A DNA stretch of 64,000 nt from the human T2T-CHM13v2.0 reference genome, Homo sapiens, in assembly GCF_009914755.1 (NCBI RefSeq), contig NC_060946.1. One strand, written 5' to 3'. This document shows, piece after piece, positions 28,101-48,029 of this stretch (its first letter is position 1; each line of letters begins with the position of its first letter). Below the pieces are notes generated by a model that worked only from the letters and a program-made list of their open reading frames with translations, had not been told where the DNA came from and ran no database searches. The position numbers and the translations under genes are program-made.

Positions 28101-29050
28101 AATGACCATTTGCAGATTCTACAAAAAGAGGGTTTCAACACTGCTCAATCAAAAGAAAGGCTCAATTCTGCGAGATGAACGCACATATCACAAAGAACTT
28201 TCTCAGAATTCTTCTGTTTTGTTTTTATGTGAAGATATTTCCTTTTAAACCATAGGCCTCAAGGTACTCGAAATGTCCACTTGAAGATTCTACAGAGTAT
28301 TTCAAAACTGGTCCTTCGAAAGAAAGTTTCAACTCTGGGTGATGAATGCGCACATCACAAAATCTTTCTCAGAACACTTCAATATAGTTTTTATGTGAAG
28401 ATATTTCATTTTCCACCATAGGCCTCAAAGCGCTCCAAATGTCCACTTGCAGATTCTACAAAAAGACAGTTTCAAAACTGCTCAATCAAAAGAAATGTTT
28501 ATCTCTGTGAGATGAATGCACACATCACAAAGTTGTTTCTCAGATTACTTCTGTCTAGATTTTATGTGAACATATTTCCTAGTCTACCATAGGCCGCAAA
28601 GTGCTCCAAATGTCCACTTGCAGATTCTGTAAAAAGAGGGTTTCCAAACTGCTCAATCAAAAGAAAGTTTCAACTCTGTGAGATGAACGTGCCCATCACA
28701 AAGTTTTTCAGAATTCTTCTGTCTACTTTTTATGGGAAGATATTTCCTTTTTCACCGTAAGCCTCAAAGCACTCGAAATGTCCACTTACAGAGTCTACGA
28801 AAAGAGAGGTTCAAAACTGTTCAATCAAAAGAATGGCTTAACTCTGTGAGATGAATGCACATATCACAAAGAAGTTTCTCAGATTGCTTCTGTCTAGATA
28901 TTATTTGAAGATAATTCCTTTTCTACCACAGGCCACAAAGCGCTCCAAATGTCCACTTGCAGATTCTAAAAAAGAGTGTTTCCAAAATACTCAATCAACA
29001 GAAAGGTTCAAATCTGTGACATGAATGCACACATCACAAAGAAGTTTCTC
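25111..29050 (-). repeat. Alpha satellite block 5: A-type dimeric layer, same type as block 3
   Basis: Same alternating diagnostics as 11.5-14.9 kb; contains a close copy of 13.1-13.8 kb. Confidence 0.88.
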
Positions 29051-32206
<3,156 letters not shown>

Positions 32207-35200
32207 AAAACTGCTCAATGAAATAAAGGTTCAACTCTGTGACATGAATGCACACATCAGAAAGAAATTTCTCAGAATATTTCTGAATCGTTTTTATGTG
32301 AAGATATTTCCTTTTCCACTATTGGCCTCAAAGTGCCCCAAATCTCCACATGCAGATTCTAAAAAAAGAGTGTTTCAAAGCTGCTCAATCAAAAGAAAGT
32401 TTCAACACTCTGAGATGAATGCACACGTCACAAAGAAGTTTCTCAGAATGCTTCTGTCTACTTTTTATGTGAAGATATTTCCTTTTCCACCATTGGCCTC
32501 AAAGCACTCCAAATGTCCTCTTGCATATTCTACAAAAAGAGTGTTTCAAAGCTGCTGAATCAAAAGAAATGTTCAACACTGTGAGATGAATGCACCCATC
32601 ACAAAAAAAGTTTCTCAGAATGCTTCTGTCTAGTTTTTATTTGAAGATATTTCCTTTTACACCATAGGCCTCAAAACGCTCCAAATGTAAACATCCAGAT
32701 CGTACAAAAATAGTTTTTCCAAACTGCTCCATCAAAATAACAGTTTAACTCTGTGAGATGAATGCACACATCACAAAGAATTTTCTCTGAATGATTCTGT
32801 CTAGTTTTTACGGGAATATATTTCCTTTTCCACCATAGGACTCTAAGCGCTCCAAATGTCCAATACTAGATGCTACAAAAAGAGGGTTTCAAAGCTGCTG
32901 GATCAAAAGAAAGGTTCAAATCTGTGAGATGAATGCATGCACACATCACAAAGAGTTTCTCAAAATGCTTCTCTCTAGTTTTTATATCAAGATATTTCCT
33001 TTTCCTCCATAGGACTCTAAGCACTCCAAATGTCCAATTCTAGACTCTACAAAAAGAGTGTTTCAAAACTGCTCAATCGAAAGTAAGTTTCAACCCTGTG
33101 AGATGAATGCAGACATCATAAAGAGGTTTTTCAGAATGTTTCTGTCTAGTTTTTATGTGAAGATATTTCCTTTTCCACCATAGGCCTCAAAGCACTCCAA
33201 ATGTCTGCTTGTGGATTCTACGAAAAGAGTGTTTCAAAACTGCTCAATCAAAAGAAAGGTTCATCTCTGTGAGACGAATGCACACATCACAAAGAAGTTT
33301 CACAGAATGCTTCTGTCTAGTTTTTATGTGAAGATATTTCCTTTTCCACTGTAGGACACAAAGAGCTCAAAATGTTCACTTGCAGAGTCTAAAAAGGAGT
33401 TTTTCAAAGCTGCTCAATCAAAAGTATGGTTCAACTCTGTAAGATAAATGCACACAACACAAAGAAGTTTCTCAGAATGCTTCCACCTAGTTGTTAAGTG
33501 AAGATATTTCCTTCTCCACCTTATGCCTCAAAGTGCACCAAATGTCCACTTGCGGATTCTACAAAAAGAGTGTTTCAAAACTGCTCAGTCAAAAGAAAGG
33601 TTCAACTCTGTGAGTTGAATGCACACATCACAAAGAAGCTTGTGAGAATGTTTCTGTATAGTTTTTATGTGAAGATAATTCCTTTTCCACCATAGGCCTC
33701 AAATCACTCCAAATGTCCACTTGCAGATCCTACAAAAAGAGTGTTTCAAAGGTGCTCAATCTAAGGAGAGGTTCAACTCTGTGTGATGAATGCACACATC
33801 ACAAAGAAGTTTCTCAGAATGTTTTTGTCTAGTTATAATGAGAAGATATTTCTTTTTCCACCATAGGCCTCAAAGACCTCCAAATGTCCACTTGCTGCTC
33901 CTATAAAAAGAGGGTTTCAAAACTGCTCAATTGAAAGTTATGTTCAACTCTGTGAGATGAATGCATACATCATGAAGAAGTTTCTCAGAATTCTTCTGTC
34001 TAGTTTTTATGTGAAGATATTTCGTTTTCCACCACAGGCTGCAAAGCGCTCCAAATGTTCAATTGTAGATTCTACAAAACGATGTTTCAAAACTGTTCAA
34101 TCAAAAGAAAGTCACAACTCTGTGAGATGAATTCACACATCACAAAGGAGTTTGTCAGAATGCTTCTGTCTAGTTTTTATGTGAGGACATTTCCTTTTCC
34201 ACCATATGCTGCAAAGAGCTCCAAATGTCCACTTGCAGAGTCTATAAAAAGAGTTTTTCAAAGCTGCTCAAAAAAAAAAGAAAGGTTCAACTCTGTGAAA
34301 TGAATGCACCCATCACAAAGAAGTTTCTCAGAATTATTCTGTCTAGTACTTAAGTGAAGACAGTTTGTTTTCCCCCATAGGCCTCAAAGCGTTCCAATTG
34401 TCCACTAGCAGATTCTACAAAAAGAGAGTTTCCAAGTTGCTCAATCAAAAGAAAGATTCAACTCTGTCAGACGAATGGACACATCACAAAGAAGTTTCTC
34501 AGAATGTTTCTGAACAGTTTTTATGTGAAGAAATTTCCATTTCCACCATAGTCCGCAAAGCGCTCCAAATGTCCACTTGGAGATTCTACAAAAAGAGTGT
34601 GTCAAAACTGCTCAATCAAAAGAAAGTTTCAACTCTGTGAGATGAATGTACATATCACAAAGAACTTTCTCAGAATGCTTCTGTCTAATTATAATATGAA
34701 AATATTTTGTTTTCTGCCTTAGGCCTCAAAGCTCTCCAAATGTTAACTTGCAGACCCTTTTCCACCATAGGCCTCAAAGTGCTTCAAATATCCACTTGCA
34801 GATTCCGCAAAAAGAATATTTGAAAGCAGCTAAATCAAAAGAAATGTTCAACACTGTGAGAAGAATGCACACATCACAAAGGAGCTTCTCAAAATGCCTC
34901 TGCCTAGTTTTTATGTGAAGATATTTCCTTTTCCACCATAGGCTGCCAAGCATTAAAAATATCCACTTGCAGATTCTACAAAAAGAGTGTTTCCAAACTG
35001 CTCAATCGAAAGTATGTTTGAACTCTGTGAGATGAATGCACACATCACAAAGATGTTTCAGAGAATGCTCCTGTGTAGTTTTTATGTGAAGATATTTCCT
35101 TTTCCACCATAGGCCCCAAAGAGCTCCAAATGTCCACTTGCAGATTCTACAAAAAGAGTGTTTCAAAACTGCTCAACCAAAAGTAAACTTCAACTCTGTG

Positions 35201-38171
35201 AGATGAATGCACACATCAAAAAGAAGTTTCTCACAATGCTTCTGTCTAGTTGTTATGTGAAGATATTTCTTTTTCCACCACTGGCCTCAGAGCGCTCCAA
35301 ATATCCTCTTGCAGATTCTACAAAAAGAGTGTTTAAAAATTGCTCAATCAAAGGTAAGGTTCAACTCTGTGAGATGAATGCACATATCACACAGAAGTTT
35401 CTCAGAATGCTTCGGTCTACCTTTTATGTGAAAATATTTCCTTTTCCACCAGAAGACTCAAAGCGCTCAAAACAACCACTGGCCGATTATACATAAAGAG
35501 TGTTTCAAAACTGCTCAATCAAAAGAAAGGTTCAACTCTGTAAGATGAATGCACACACCCCAAAGAAGTTTCTCAGAATGCTTCTGTCTAGTTTTTATGT
35601 GAAGGTATTTCCTTTTCCACCGTAGGCCTCAAAGCGCTTCAAATATCCACTTGCAGATTCTGCAAAAAGAATATTTGAAAGCAGCTAAATCAAAAGAAAT
35701 GTTCAGCACTGTGAGATGAATGCACACATCACAAAGGAGCTTCTCAAAATGCCTCTGTCTAGTTTTTATGTGAAGATATTTCCTTTTCCACCATAGGCTG
35801 CCAAGCGTTAAAAATATCCACTTGCAGGTTCCACAAAAAGAGTGTTTCAAAACTTCTCAATCAAAAGAAAGGTTCAACTCTGTAAGATGAATGCACACAT
35901 CACAAAGAAGTTTCTCAGAATGCTTCGGTGTAGTTTTTAGGTGAAGATATTTCCCTTTCCACCATAGGCCCCAAAGCGCTCCAAATATCCACTTGCAGAT
36001 ACTACAAAAAGTGTTTTTCAAAACTGCTGAATCCAAAGAAATGTTCAACTTTGTGAGATGAATGCACACATCAGAAAGAACTTACTCAGACTTCTTCTGT
36101 GTTGTTTTTAGGTGAAGATATTTCCGTTTCCACCATAGGACTTGAAGTCCTCAAAATATCCACTTGTTCATTCCACAAAAAGTGTGCTTCAAATCTGCTC
36201 AATCAAAAGAAAGTTTCAATTCTGTGAGATGAATGCACACATCACAAAGTAGTTTATCAGAATGCTTCTGTCCAGTTTTTATGTGAAGATATTTCCTTCT
36301 CCACCATAGACCTTAAGGCGCTCCAAATATCCACTTGCAGATTTTACAAAAAGAGTGTTTCAAACTGCTCAAAAGAAAGGTTCAACTCTGTGTGTTGAAT
36401 GCGCAAATCACAAAGAAGTTTCTCGGAATGCTTCTGTGTAGTTTTTATGTGAAGATATTTCCTTCTCCACTGTAGACCTTAAAGCACTCCAATTATCCAC
36501 TTGCAGATCGTACAAAAAGAGGTTTCAAACGGCTCAATCAAAAGAAAGGTTCAACTCTGTGAGCTGAATGCACAAATCACAAAGAAATTTCTCAGAATGC
36601 TCCCGTCCAGTTTTTACGTGAAGATGTTTCCTTTTACCACCATTGGCCACAAAGCGCTCAAAATATCCACTTGCAGATTCTACAAAAATAGTGTTTCAAA
36701 ACTGCTCAATCAAAAGAAAGGTTCAGCTCTGAGACATGAATGCACACATCACAAAGGAGTTTCTCAGAAGGCTTCTGTCTAGTTTTTATATGAAGATATT
36801 TCCGTTTCCACTATAGGCCGCAAAGCGCTCCAAATATCCACTTGCAGATTCTACAAAAAGATATTTTCCAAACTCCTCAATCAAAAGAAAGTTTAAACTC
36901 TGTGAGTCGAATGCACACATCACAAAGAAGTTTCTCAGAATACTTCTGTCTAGTTTTTAATTGAAGATACTTCCTTTTCCACCATTGTGCTCAAAGCACT
37001 CCAAGTATCCACTTTCAGATTCTACAAAAAGAGTGTTTCAAAACTGCTCAATCAAAACAAAGTTTCAATTCTGTGAGATGAATGCACACATCACAAAGAA
37101 GTTTCTCAGAATGCTTCTGTCTAGTATTTATGTGAAGATATTTCCTTTTCTACAATAGGCCTCAAACCACTCCAAATATCCACTTGCAAATACTACAAAA
37201 AGATTGTTTCAAAACTGCTCAATCAAAAGAAATCTTCAACTGTGTGAGTTGAATGCACACATCACAAAGAACTTTCTCAGAATGCTTCTGTGTAGTTTTT
37301 ATTTGAAGATATTTCCTTTTCCACCACAAGCCCCAAACTGATCCAAATATCCACATGCAGATCCTTCAAAAGAAGTGTTTCAAAACTGTTCAATCAAAAG
37401 AAAGGTTCAATTCTGTGAGATGAATGCACACATCACAAAGAAGTTTCTCATAAGGCATTTGTGTAGTTTTTATGTGAAGATGTTTCCTTTTCCTCCATAG
37501 GCCTCAAATCGCTCCAAATGTCCACTTGCAGATTCTACAAAAGAGTGTTTCAAAGCTGCTCAATCAAAAGAAATGTTCAGCTCTGTGAGATGAAGGCACA
37601 CATCACAAAGAAGTTTCTCAGGATGCTTCTGTCTAGTTTTTAAGGGAAGATATTTCCCTTTCCTCTAGAGGTCCAAAAGCCCTCCAACTTTGCAGATACT
37701 AGAAAAAGAGTGTTTCAAAACTGCTCAATCAAGAGAATATTTCAACTCTGTGAGTTGAATGCACACATCACAAAGAAGTTTCTCAGAATGCTTCTGTCTA
37801 GTTTTTATGTGAAGATATTTCCTTTTCCACCATAGGTCCCAAAGCACTCAAAATATCCACTTGCAGGTTCTACAAAAAGAGTGTTTCAAAACTTCTCTAT
37901 CAAGAGAAACATTCAACTGTGTGAGATGAATGCACAGATCACAGAGGAGTTTCTCAGAATGCTTCTATCTGGTTTTGATGTGAAGATATTTACTTTTCCA
38001 CCATAGGCTGTAAAGCCCTCCAAATATCCACTTGCAGACACTACAAAAAGAGTATTTCAAAAGTGCTAAATCAAAAGAAAAGTTCAACTCTGTGAGGTGA
38101 ATGCACACATCACAAAGAAGTTTCTCAGAATGCTTCTTTCTTGTCTTTATGTGAAGATATTTCCTTTTCCA
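32207..38171 (-). repeat. Alpha satellite block 6, right part: old monomeric A-type, ending abruptly mid-monomer
   Basis: 171-bp units, no B boxes seen; last bases ...gaagatatttccttttcca at 38171. Confidence 0.93.
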
Positions 38172-38268
38172 TTCAGAACCTCGTAGCAGTGTTCTGTAAT
38201 CCTGTGTGAGGGACAAACACTCAGAATCCAGCCACTGTGTACTGGAATCCTATCTGAGGGCACACATT
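38170..38268. repeat. Two units of 48-bp CER (D22Z3-type) satellite
   Basis: cattcagaacctcgtagcagtgttctgtaatcctgtgtgagggacaaa (38170-38217) and cactcagaatccagccactgtgtactggaatcctatctgagggcaca (38218-38264); 48-bp period and a match to the CER consensus as I recall it. Confidence 0.8.
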
Positions 38269-38274
38269 TAAAAT

Positions 38275-39720
38275 CCAGATGTAGTCTCCTTGCTTTAGTG
38301 AATACACTTATCTCCTTTTCCTGCTATACATTTAGGCAAATTATTTTTCTGTATCTTAAATAAATGGTAAATACCTGAAATTTCTTACTTTTTCCAGGCA
38401 GAGTGTCTTCACTATTTAGCTGTAGAAGTATAACTATTTTTGCCTGTGTCACAATTTTGTACTCAGGAACCCTGGCCATGTCACTAGCCAAACGGACATA
38501 ACTTATGGAATACATGGACAGCATCCGGTTGATATGCTCTAGAGAAAAATAGCAGCTACCATAGACTTCAGGAAAGACACATCGAGCAAATGACAAAAAT
38601 GTGGGTTTCCTACCTTCAGGGAGTCTAAGAACACAGTAGAAAGTGATGTGGAGCAAACATCTTTCAAATGGAAGGAAGGGATAGGGAAAGAAGACTGTTA
38701 CAGGCTCTTTTGAATGTTAGAGGCAACATAAAACATATTTGGATGTGTATTCTAAATAAAATGCAAATGTCAAGAAGGATGTCAGCTGTGAGTGGGACTC
38801 AGAGAAAGAGAAACGTTTTGGACTTCAGAGGCCTGCAGTACAAGTGGATCTACTATTTTGTTTAGGGAATCCAATGCCTCAGGTATCTATGAGAGGCAGA
38901 ATTTTCCTATGGAGCCAGCGGCAAGGCTCCAGAGGAGAAATACAATACAAGTCACTTTATTTTGGAGTAAAAGCCTTTTGTACAAAAATTACCCGCCCCC
39001 TCCTTTTTTGAGAAACAATTTCACATTGGGATACTAATAAGAAGGAATGCTCAGTCATGAATAAGGGTGACCCCGTTGTGATCTGAGCATTATAGGATCA
39101 TACTAACTACAACCAGTCTTCCATCATTCCATGGAAATTGCATGTATGCCACGTTGCCTTCTCAGTTTCCAAGGGATCAATTAATGAACAGGCTACTCAC
39201 ATTTTCAGCATCCTACTCCTGACACACTTCCACCCTTCTTTCTATTTATCTGTGATTCATAGAGATTTGCCTATGACTGGATTCCTGAGGAGAAAAAAGT
39301 CTGGATTACAGATGGCATTCCTTGTTATGGAAGGCCCTTCCTTCTGAAAGTCTATTTCTATCCTGTTCTTTTCCTGTGCTGTCAAAGGGTCACCCCTTTG
39401 TGCAAAGGAGAAGAGAAATCCATCAAGTAAATAAAATTTCACTTACCTTTGTAAAAAATATTTCTACCAATTCACGTGGAGGACCTTATGGTTTGGTCCG
39501 ATAATCAGAGATTTGAAAGAACCTGATATTGTTGGCCAGCAGATTAGAAAAGAGTTATTAGAGAGAGATGGCTCAAGTGATAATAACTGTGTGCCTTGTG
39601 AATGCTCACCTAAACCAAAGATCACTGAAGATAATGTATTTTACCATAATGTTTTAATCTCAGGTAAATGCCAACCAGGAGACAGACACTTGTTTATCTC
39701 CTGATTGGTATTGATCTGAA
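38275..39720 (+). mobile_element. Highly decayed ERVL/MaLR-class internal pol remnant (RT, RNase H, start of IN), starting mid-RT
   Basis: Manual translation gives colinear matches to ERVL Pol motifs: PDVVSLL..I...AIHLGKLFF (PDVVSLLEQI...AIDLANAFF), CHNFV...DIT..YMDS (CHNLV...DITLVHYIDD), CEWDSEKEK (FEWGPEQEK), FWSK, YDWIPEEKKVWITDG (YDQLTEEEK..WFTDG), VNAH. Confidence 0.75.
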
Positions 39721-39813
39721 TTAAGCTGTCTGCCATTTGGAGAAATTTAAATGCTATTTTAAACACACAGTCTTGTTACTTGAGTTGTTTATGATCTTAA
39801 GCTGCTCCCCTCC

Positions 39814-40287
39814 TTTTGTGGGTTAGATTGTGTCTTCAAAAAGAAAAAATATATATTAGAGTTCTAGCCCCTGATGTCTGTGAGTATGACTTAATTTGAA
39901 ATCAAATTATTTGCAGATGCTGTATAATTATGATATGCTAGATGAGCTCATAATGCATTAGAGTGGGCCATAATTCAATATGGTTGATATCCTCATAAGA
40001 AGGGAAGAGGAAACAGAGACACAGGGAGGAGATGGCCATGTGAGGATGGAGGTAGAGAACAAAGTGAGGTATCCTCCAGCCAAGCAATGACAATGAAGCT
40101 CAGTGATCACCCGGTGCTAGTAGAAGCAAGAAAGGGTTTTTTCCCAGGTCCTTCAGAGAAAAATGCAGCACTGCTAACTCCTTCATTTAAGATTTCTAGC
40201 TTCCTGAACCATAAAAGAATAACTTTATCTCATTTTAAGCGACCTAATGTGAACCACTTTGTCACAGCAGATGTAGGAAATCACACG
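39814..40287 (+). mobile_element. MaLR solo LTR, MLT1C-like
   Basis: tgtgggttagattgtgtc...ttgcagatg...gatgagctcataatgcattagagtgggcc...ggccatgtgaggatggagg...ctttgtcacagcag..taggaaa is colinear with the MLT1 LTR consensus. Confidence 0.8.
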
Positions 40288-40292
40288 TCCTT

Positions 40293-40375
40293 AAAGAATG
40301 CAGAATCCTGGCCCGTGCTTGCCTCATACCTATTGAATGAGAATTTAAGGGCTCTAGAATCTGCATTTTGAAACT
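40293..40375. mobile_element. MER5A-like hAT DNA transposon fragment
   Basis: aatgcagaatcctggccc...acctattgaatgagaat...agaatctgcatttt, the palindromic MER5A core. Confidence 0.6.
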
Positions 40376-40409
40376 AATACATAATACACAAAGAGAACTC
40401 ACTAAGTAC

Positions 40410-40590
40410 TCTACATGCACTTCATCCTCACAAGCCATGAAGTAGTTTACTATTATAATTCTCATTTTACATATGGGAAACTGGAGCATTAAAAGATTAA
40501 GTAATTTGCCTACAGTCACTCACATAACCAGAAAGTGGAAGAGCTGGGATTCAATCCCAGTTCCAGACATCCTGATATCCTGGGTTCAGA
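40410..40590 (-). mobile_element. MIR SINE fragment
   Basis: catcctcacaa...ctcattttacatatgggaaactg...ttaagtaatttgcc...gagctgggattcaatcccag, the antisense MIR core. Confidence 0.75.
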
Positions 40591-40736
40591 CACCACACAC
40601 TTAGCAACTATTACACACTTAGCATTATTATTATTATTCTTTTAATCACCATCTCCACCTTCTTAAGCACTCAAAAGTTGAAATCCAGTGGTGTGTTGCT
40701 GTTTCCATTCATAGCAAGTTATAGCCACAATCATAA

Positions 40737-41098
<362 letters not shown>

Positions 41099-41099
41099 T

Positions 41100-41300
41100 C
41101 TTTCACCCATTGAAATCTCATTTCAACAATTACCATCTTTTTTGAGTGGTATTTTTGAAGATATAAATGAATTCCCTATAATACATAGTGAGAATATTTA
41201 TGGGAGCTTCCTAATTGACCTTTCTAAACATTCTGCATTGCTTCTCATTTCCTTCTTTAAATTTCCTTCTACCTTGACTTCCTTAAGACCACTCAATATT
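41100..41300 (+). mobile_element. L2 LINE fragment
   Basis: ttcctaattgacctttctaaacattctgc...ccttgacttccttaagaccactc resembles the L2 ORF2 3' region. Confidence 0.5.
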
Positions 41301-41314
41301 GGCCCCATGCTTTC

Positions 41315-41653
<339 letters not shown>

Positions 41654-41942
41654 CATGCTTTCTTTTTAATAACTCCTTGCTGCCTAGTTTTTTCATGTCC
41701 ACTGTGTAAGTACTAGTCTTTTATTTTTTTTTTTTTTATTATACTCTAAGTTTTAGGGTACATGTGCACATTGTGCAGGTTAGTTACATATGTATACATG
41801 TGCCATGCTGGTGCGCTGCACCCACTAATGTGTCATCTAGCATTAGGTATATCTCCCAATGCTATCCCTCCCCCCTCCCCCGACCCCACCACAGTCCCCA
41901 GAGTGTGATATTCCCCTTCCTGTGTCCATGTGATCTCATTGT

Positions 41943-45808
<3,866 letters not shown>

Positions 45809-45847
45809 TCATTAGTTGATGCAGTTTCTTCCTAGTCTCGATGGTCT

Positions 45848-46864
45848 TTACATTTTGGCATGATTTTGCAGGGGCTGGTACCGGTTGTTCCTTTCCATGT
45901 TTAGCGCTTCCTTCAGGAGCTCTTTTAGGGCAGGCCTGGTGGTGACAAAATCTCTCAGCATTTGCTTGTCTATAAAGTATTTTATTTCTCCTTCACTTAT
46001 GAAGCTTAGTTTGGCTGGATATGAAATTCTGGGTTGAAAATTCTTTTCTTTAAGAATGGTGAATATTGGCCCCCACTCTCTTCTGGCTTGTAGGGTTTCT
46101 GCCGAGAGATTCACTGTTAGTCTGATGGGCTTTCCTTTGAGGGTAACCCGACCTTTCTCTCTGGCTGCCCTTAACATTTTTTCCTTCATTTCAACTTTGG
46201 TGAATCTGACAATTATGTGTCTTGGAGTTGCTCTTCTCGAGGAGTATCTTTGTGGCGTTCTCTGTATTTCCTGAATCTGAACGTTGGCCTGCCTTGCTAG
46301 ATTGGGGAAGTTCTCCTGGATAATATCCTGCAGAGTGTTTTCCAACTTGGTTCCATTCTCCACATCACTTTCAGGTACACCAATCAGACGTAGATTTGGT
46401 CTTTTCACATAGTCCCATATTTCTTGGAGGCTTTGCTCATTTCTTTTTATTCTTTTTTCTCTAGACTTCCCTTCTCGCTTCATTTCATTCATTTCATCTT
46501 CCATTGCTGATACCCTTTCTTCCAGTTGATCGCATCGGCTCCTGAGGCTTCTGCATTCTTCACGTAGTTCTCGAGCCTTGGTTTTCAGCTCCATCAGCTC
46601 CTTTAAGCACTTCTCTGTATTGGTTATTCTAGTTATACATTCTTCTAAATTTTTTTCAAAGTTTTCAACTTCTTTGCCTTTGGTTTGAATGTCCTCCCGT
46701 AGCTCAGAGTAATTTGATCATCTGAAGCCTTCTTCTCTCAGCTCGTCAAAATCATTCTCCATCCAGCTTTGTTCTGTTGCTGGTGAGGAACTGCGTTCCT
46801 TTGGAGGAGGAGAGGCATTCTGCGTTTTAGAGTTTCCAGTTTTTCTGTTCTGTTTTTTCCCCAT
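45848..46864 (-). pseudogene. L1 ORF1 (338 codons), disrupted by R49*
   Basis: ATGGGGAAAAAACAG at 46864; ...TTC AGA TGA TCA with TGA at 46718-46720; the remainder is open to 45848. Confidence 0.95.
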
Positions 46865-47773
46865 CTTTGTGGTTTTATCTACTTTTGGTCTTTGATGATG
46901 GTGATGTACAGATGGGTTTTCGGTGTAGATGTCCTTTCTGTTTGTTAGTTTTCCTTCTAACAGACAGGACCCTCAGCTGCAGGTCTGTTGGAATACCCTG
47001 CCGTGTGAGGTGTCAGTGTGCCCCTGCTGGGGGGTGCCTCCCAGTTAGGCTGCTTGGGGGTCAGGGGTCAGGGACCCACTTGAGGAGGCAGTCTGCCCGT
47101 TCTCAGATCTCCAGCTGCGTGCTGGGAGAACCACTGCTCTCTTCAAAGCTGTCAGACAGGGACACTTAAGTCTGCAGAGGTTACTGCTGTCTTTTTGTTT
47201 GTCTGTGCCCTGCCCCCAGAGGTGGAGCCTACAGAGGCAGGCAGGCCTCCTTGAGCTGTGGTGGGCTCCACCCAGTTGGAGCTTCCTGGCTGCTTTGTTT
47301 ACCTAAGCAAGCCTGGGCAATGGCGGGCGCCCCTCCCCCAGCCTCGTTGCCGCCTTGCAGTTTGATCTCAGACTGCTGTGCTAGCAATCAGCGAGATTCC
47401 GTGGGCTTAGGACCCTCTGAGCCAGGTGTGGGATATAGTCTCGTGGTGCGCCATTTCTTAAGCCGGTCTGAAAAGCGCAATATTCGGGTGGGAGTGACCC
47501 GATTTTCCAGGTGCGTCCGTCACCCCTTTCTTTGACTCAGAAAGCGAACTCCCTGACCCCTTGCGCTTCCCAGGTTAGGCAATGCCTCGCCCTGCTTCAG
47601 CTCGCGCACGGTGCGCACACACACTGGCCTGCGCCCACTGTCTGGCACTCCCTAGTGAGATGAACCCGGTACCTCAGATGGAAATGCAGAAATCACCCGT
47701 CTTCTGCGTCGCTCACGCTGGGAGCTGTAGACCAGAGCTGTTCCTATTCGGCCATCTTGGCTCCTCCTCCTCA
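46865..47773 (-). promoter_or_regulatory. L1 5'UTR: CpG-rich internal sense promoter plus antisense promoter
   Basis: Intact YY1 motif CAAGATGGCC (47750-47759 on the minus strand); CpG-dense compared with its flanks. Confidence 0.85.
47320..47535 (+). CDS. ORF0: L1 ORF0 (71 aa, antisense ORF of primate L1 5'UTR), intact
   Basis: gcaATGG Kozak context; MAGAPPPASLPPCSLISDCCASNQRDSVGLGPSEPGVGYSLVVRHFLSRSEKRNIRVGVTRFSRCVRHPFL; donor-like CAG/GTGTGG and CAG/GTGCGT sites are retained. Expression unknown. Confidence 0.8.
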   Translation: MAGAPPPASLPPCSLISDCCASNQRDSVGLGPSEPGVGYSLVVRHFLSRSEKRNIRVGVTRFSRCVRHPFL

Positions 47774-48029
47774 GTAAGTACTAGTCTTAATGGGTATTTA
47801 TTTTCTTACTATTCTGCACCAATGTTTCCCTGATTGACAATAGTTTTCCTGAAATGTATTCTTGGAATGGAATTCTATGATATGCTTAGAAAATTCTGCA
47901 TACCTTATACTTCAGAATGTGTATGTAAAAGACTCCAGTAAATGATCCAGGGAAGCAAAAATATTTGTGAGTTTTGCGAGTTGTATTCATATGTGTATAA
48001 AATTCCCACAGCACTTTGGGTAACAATGC

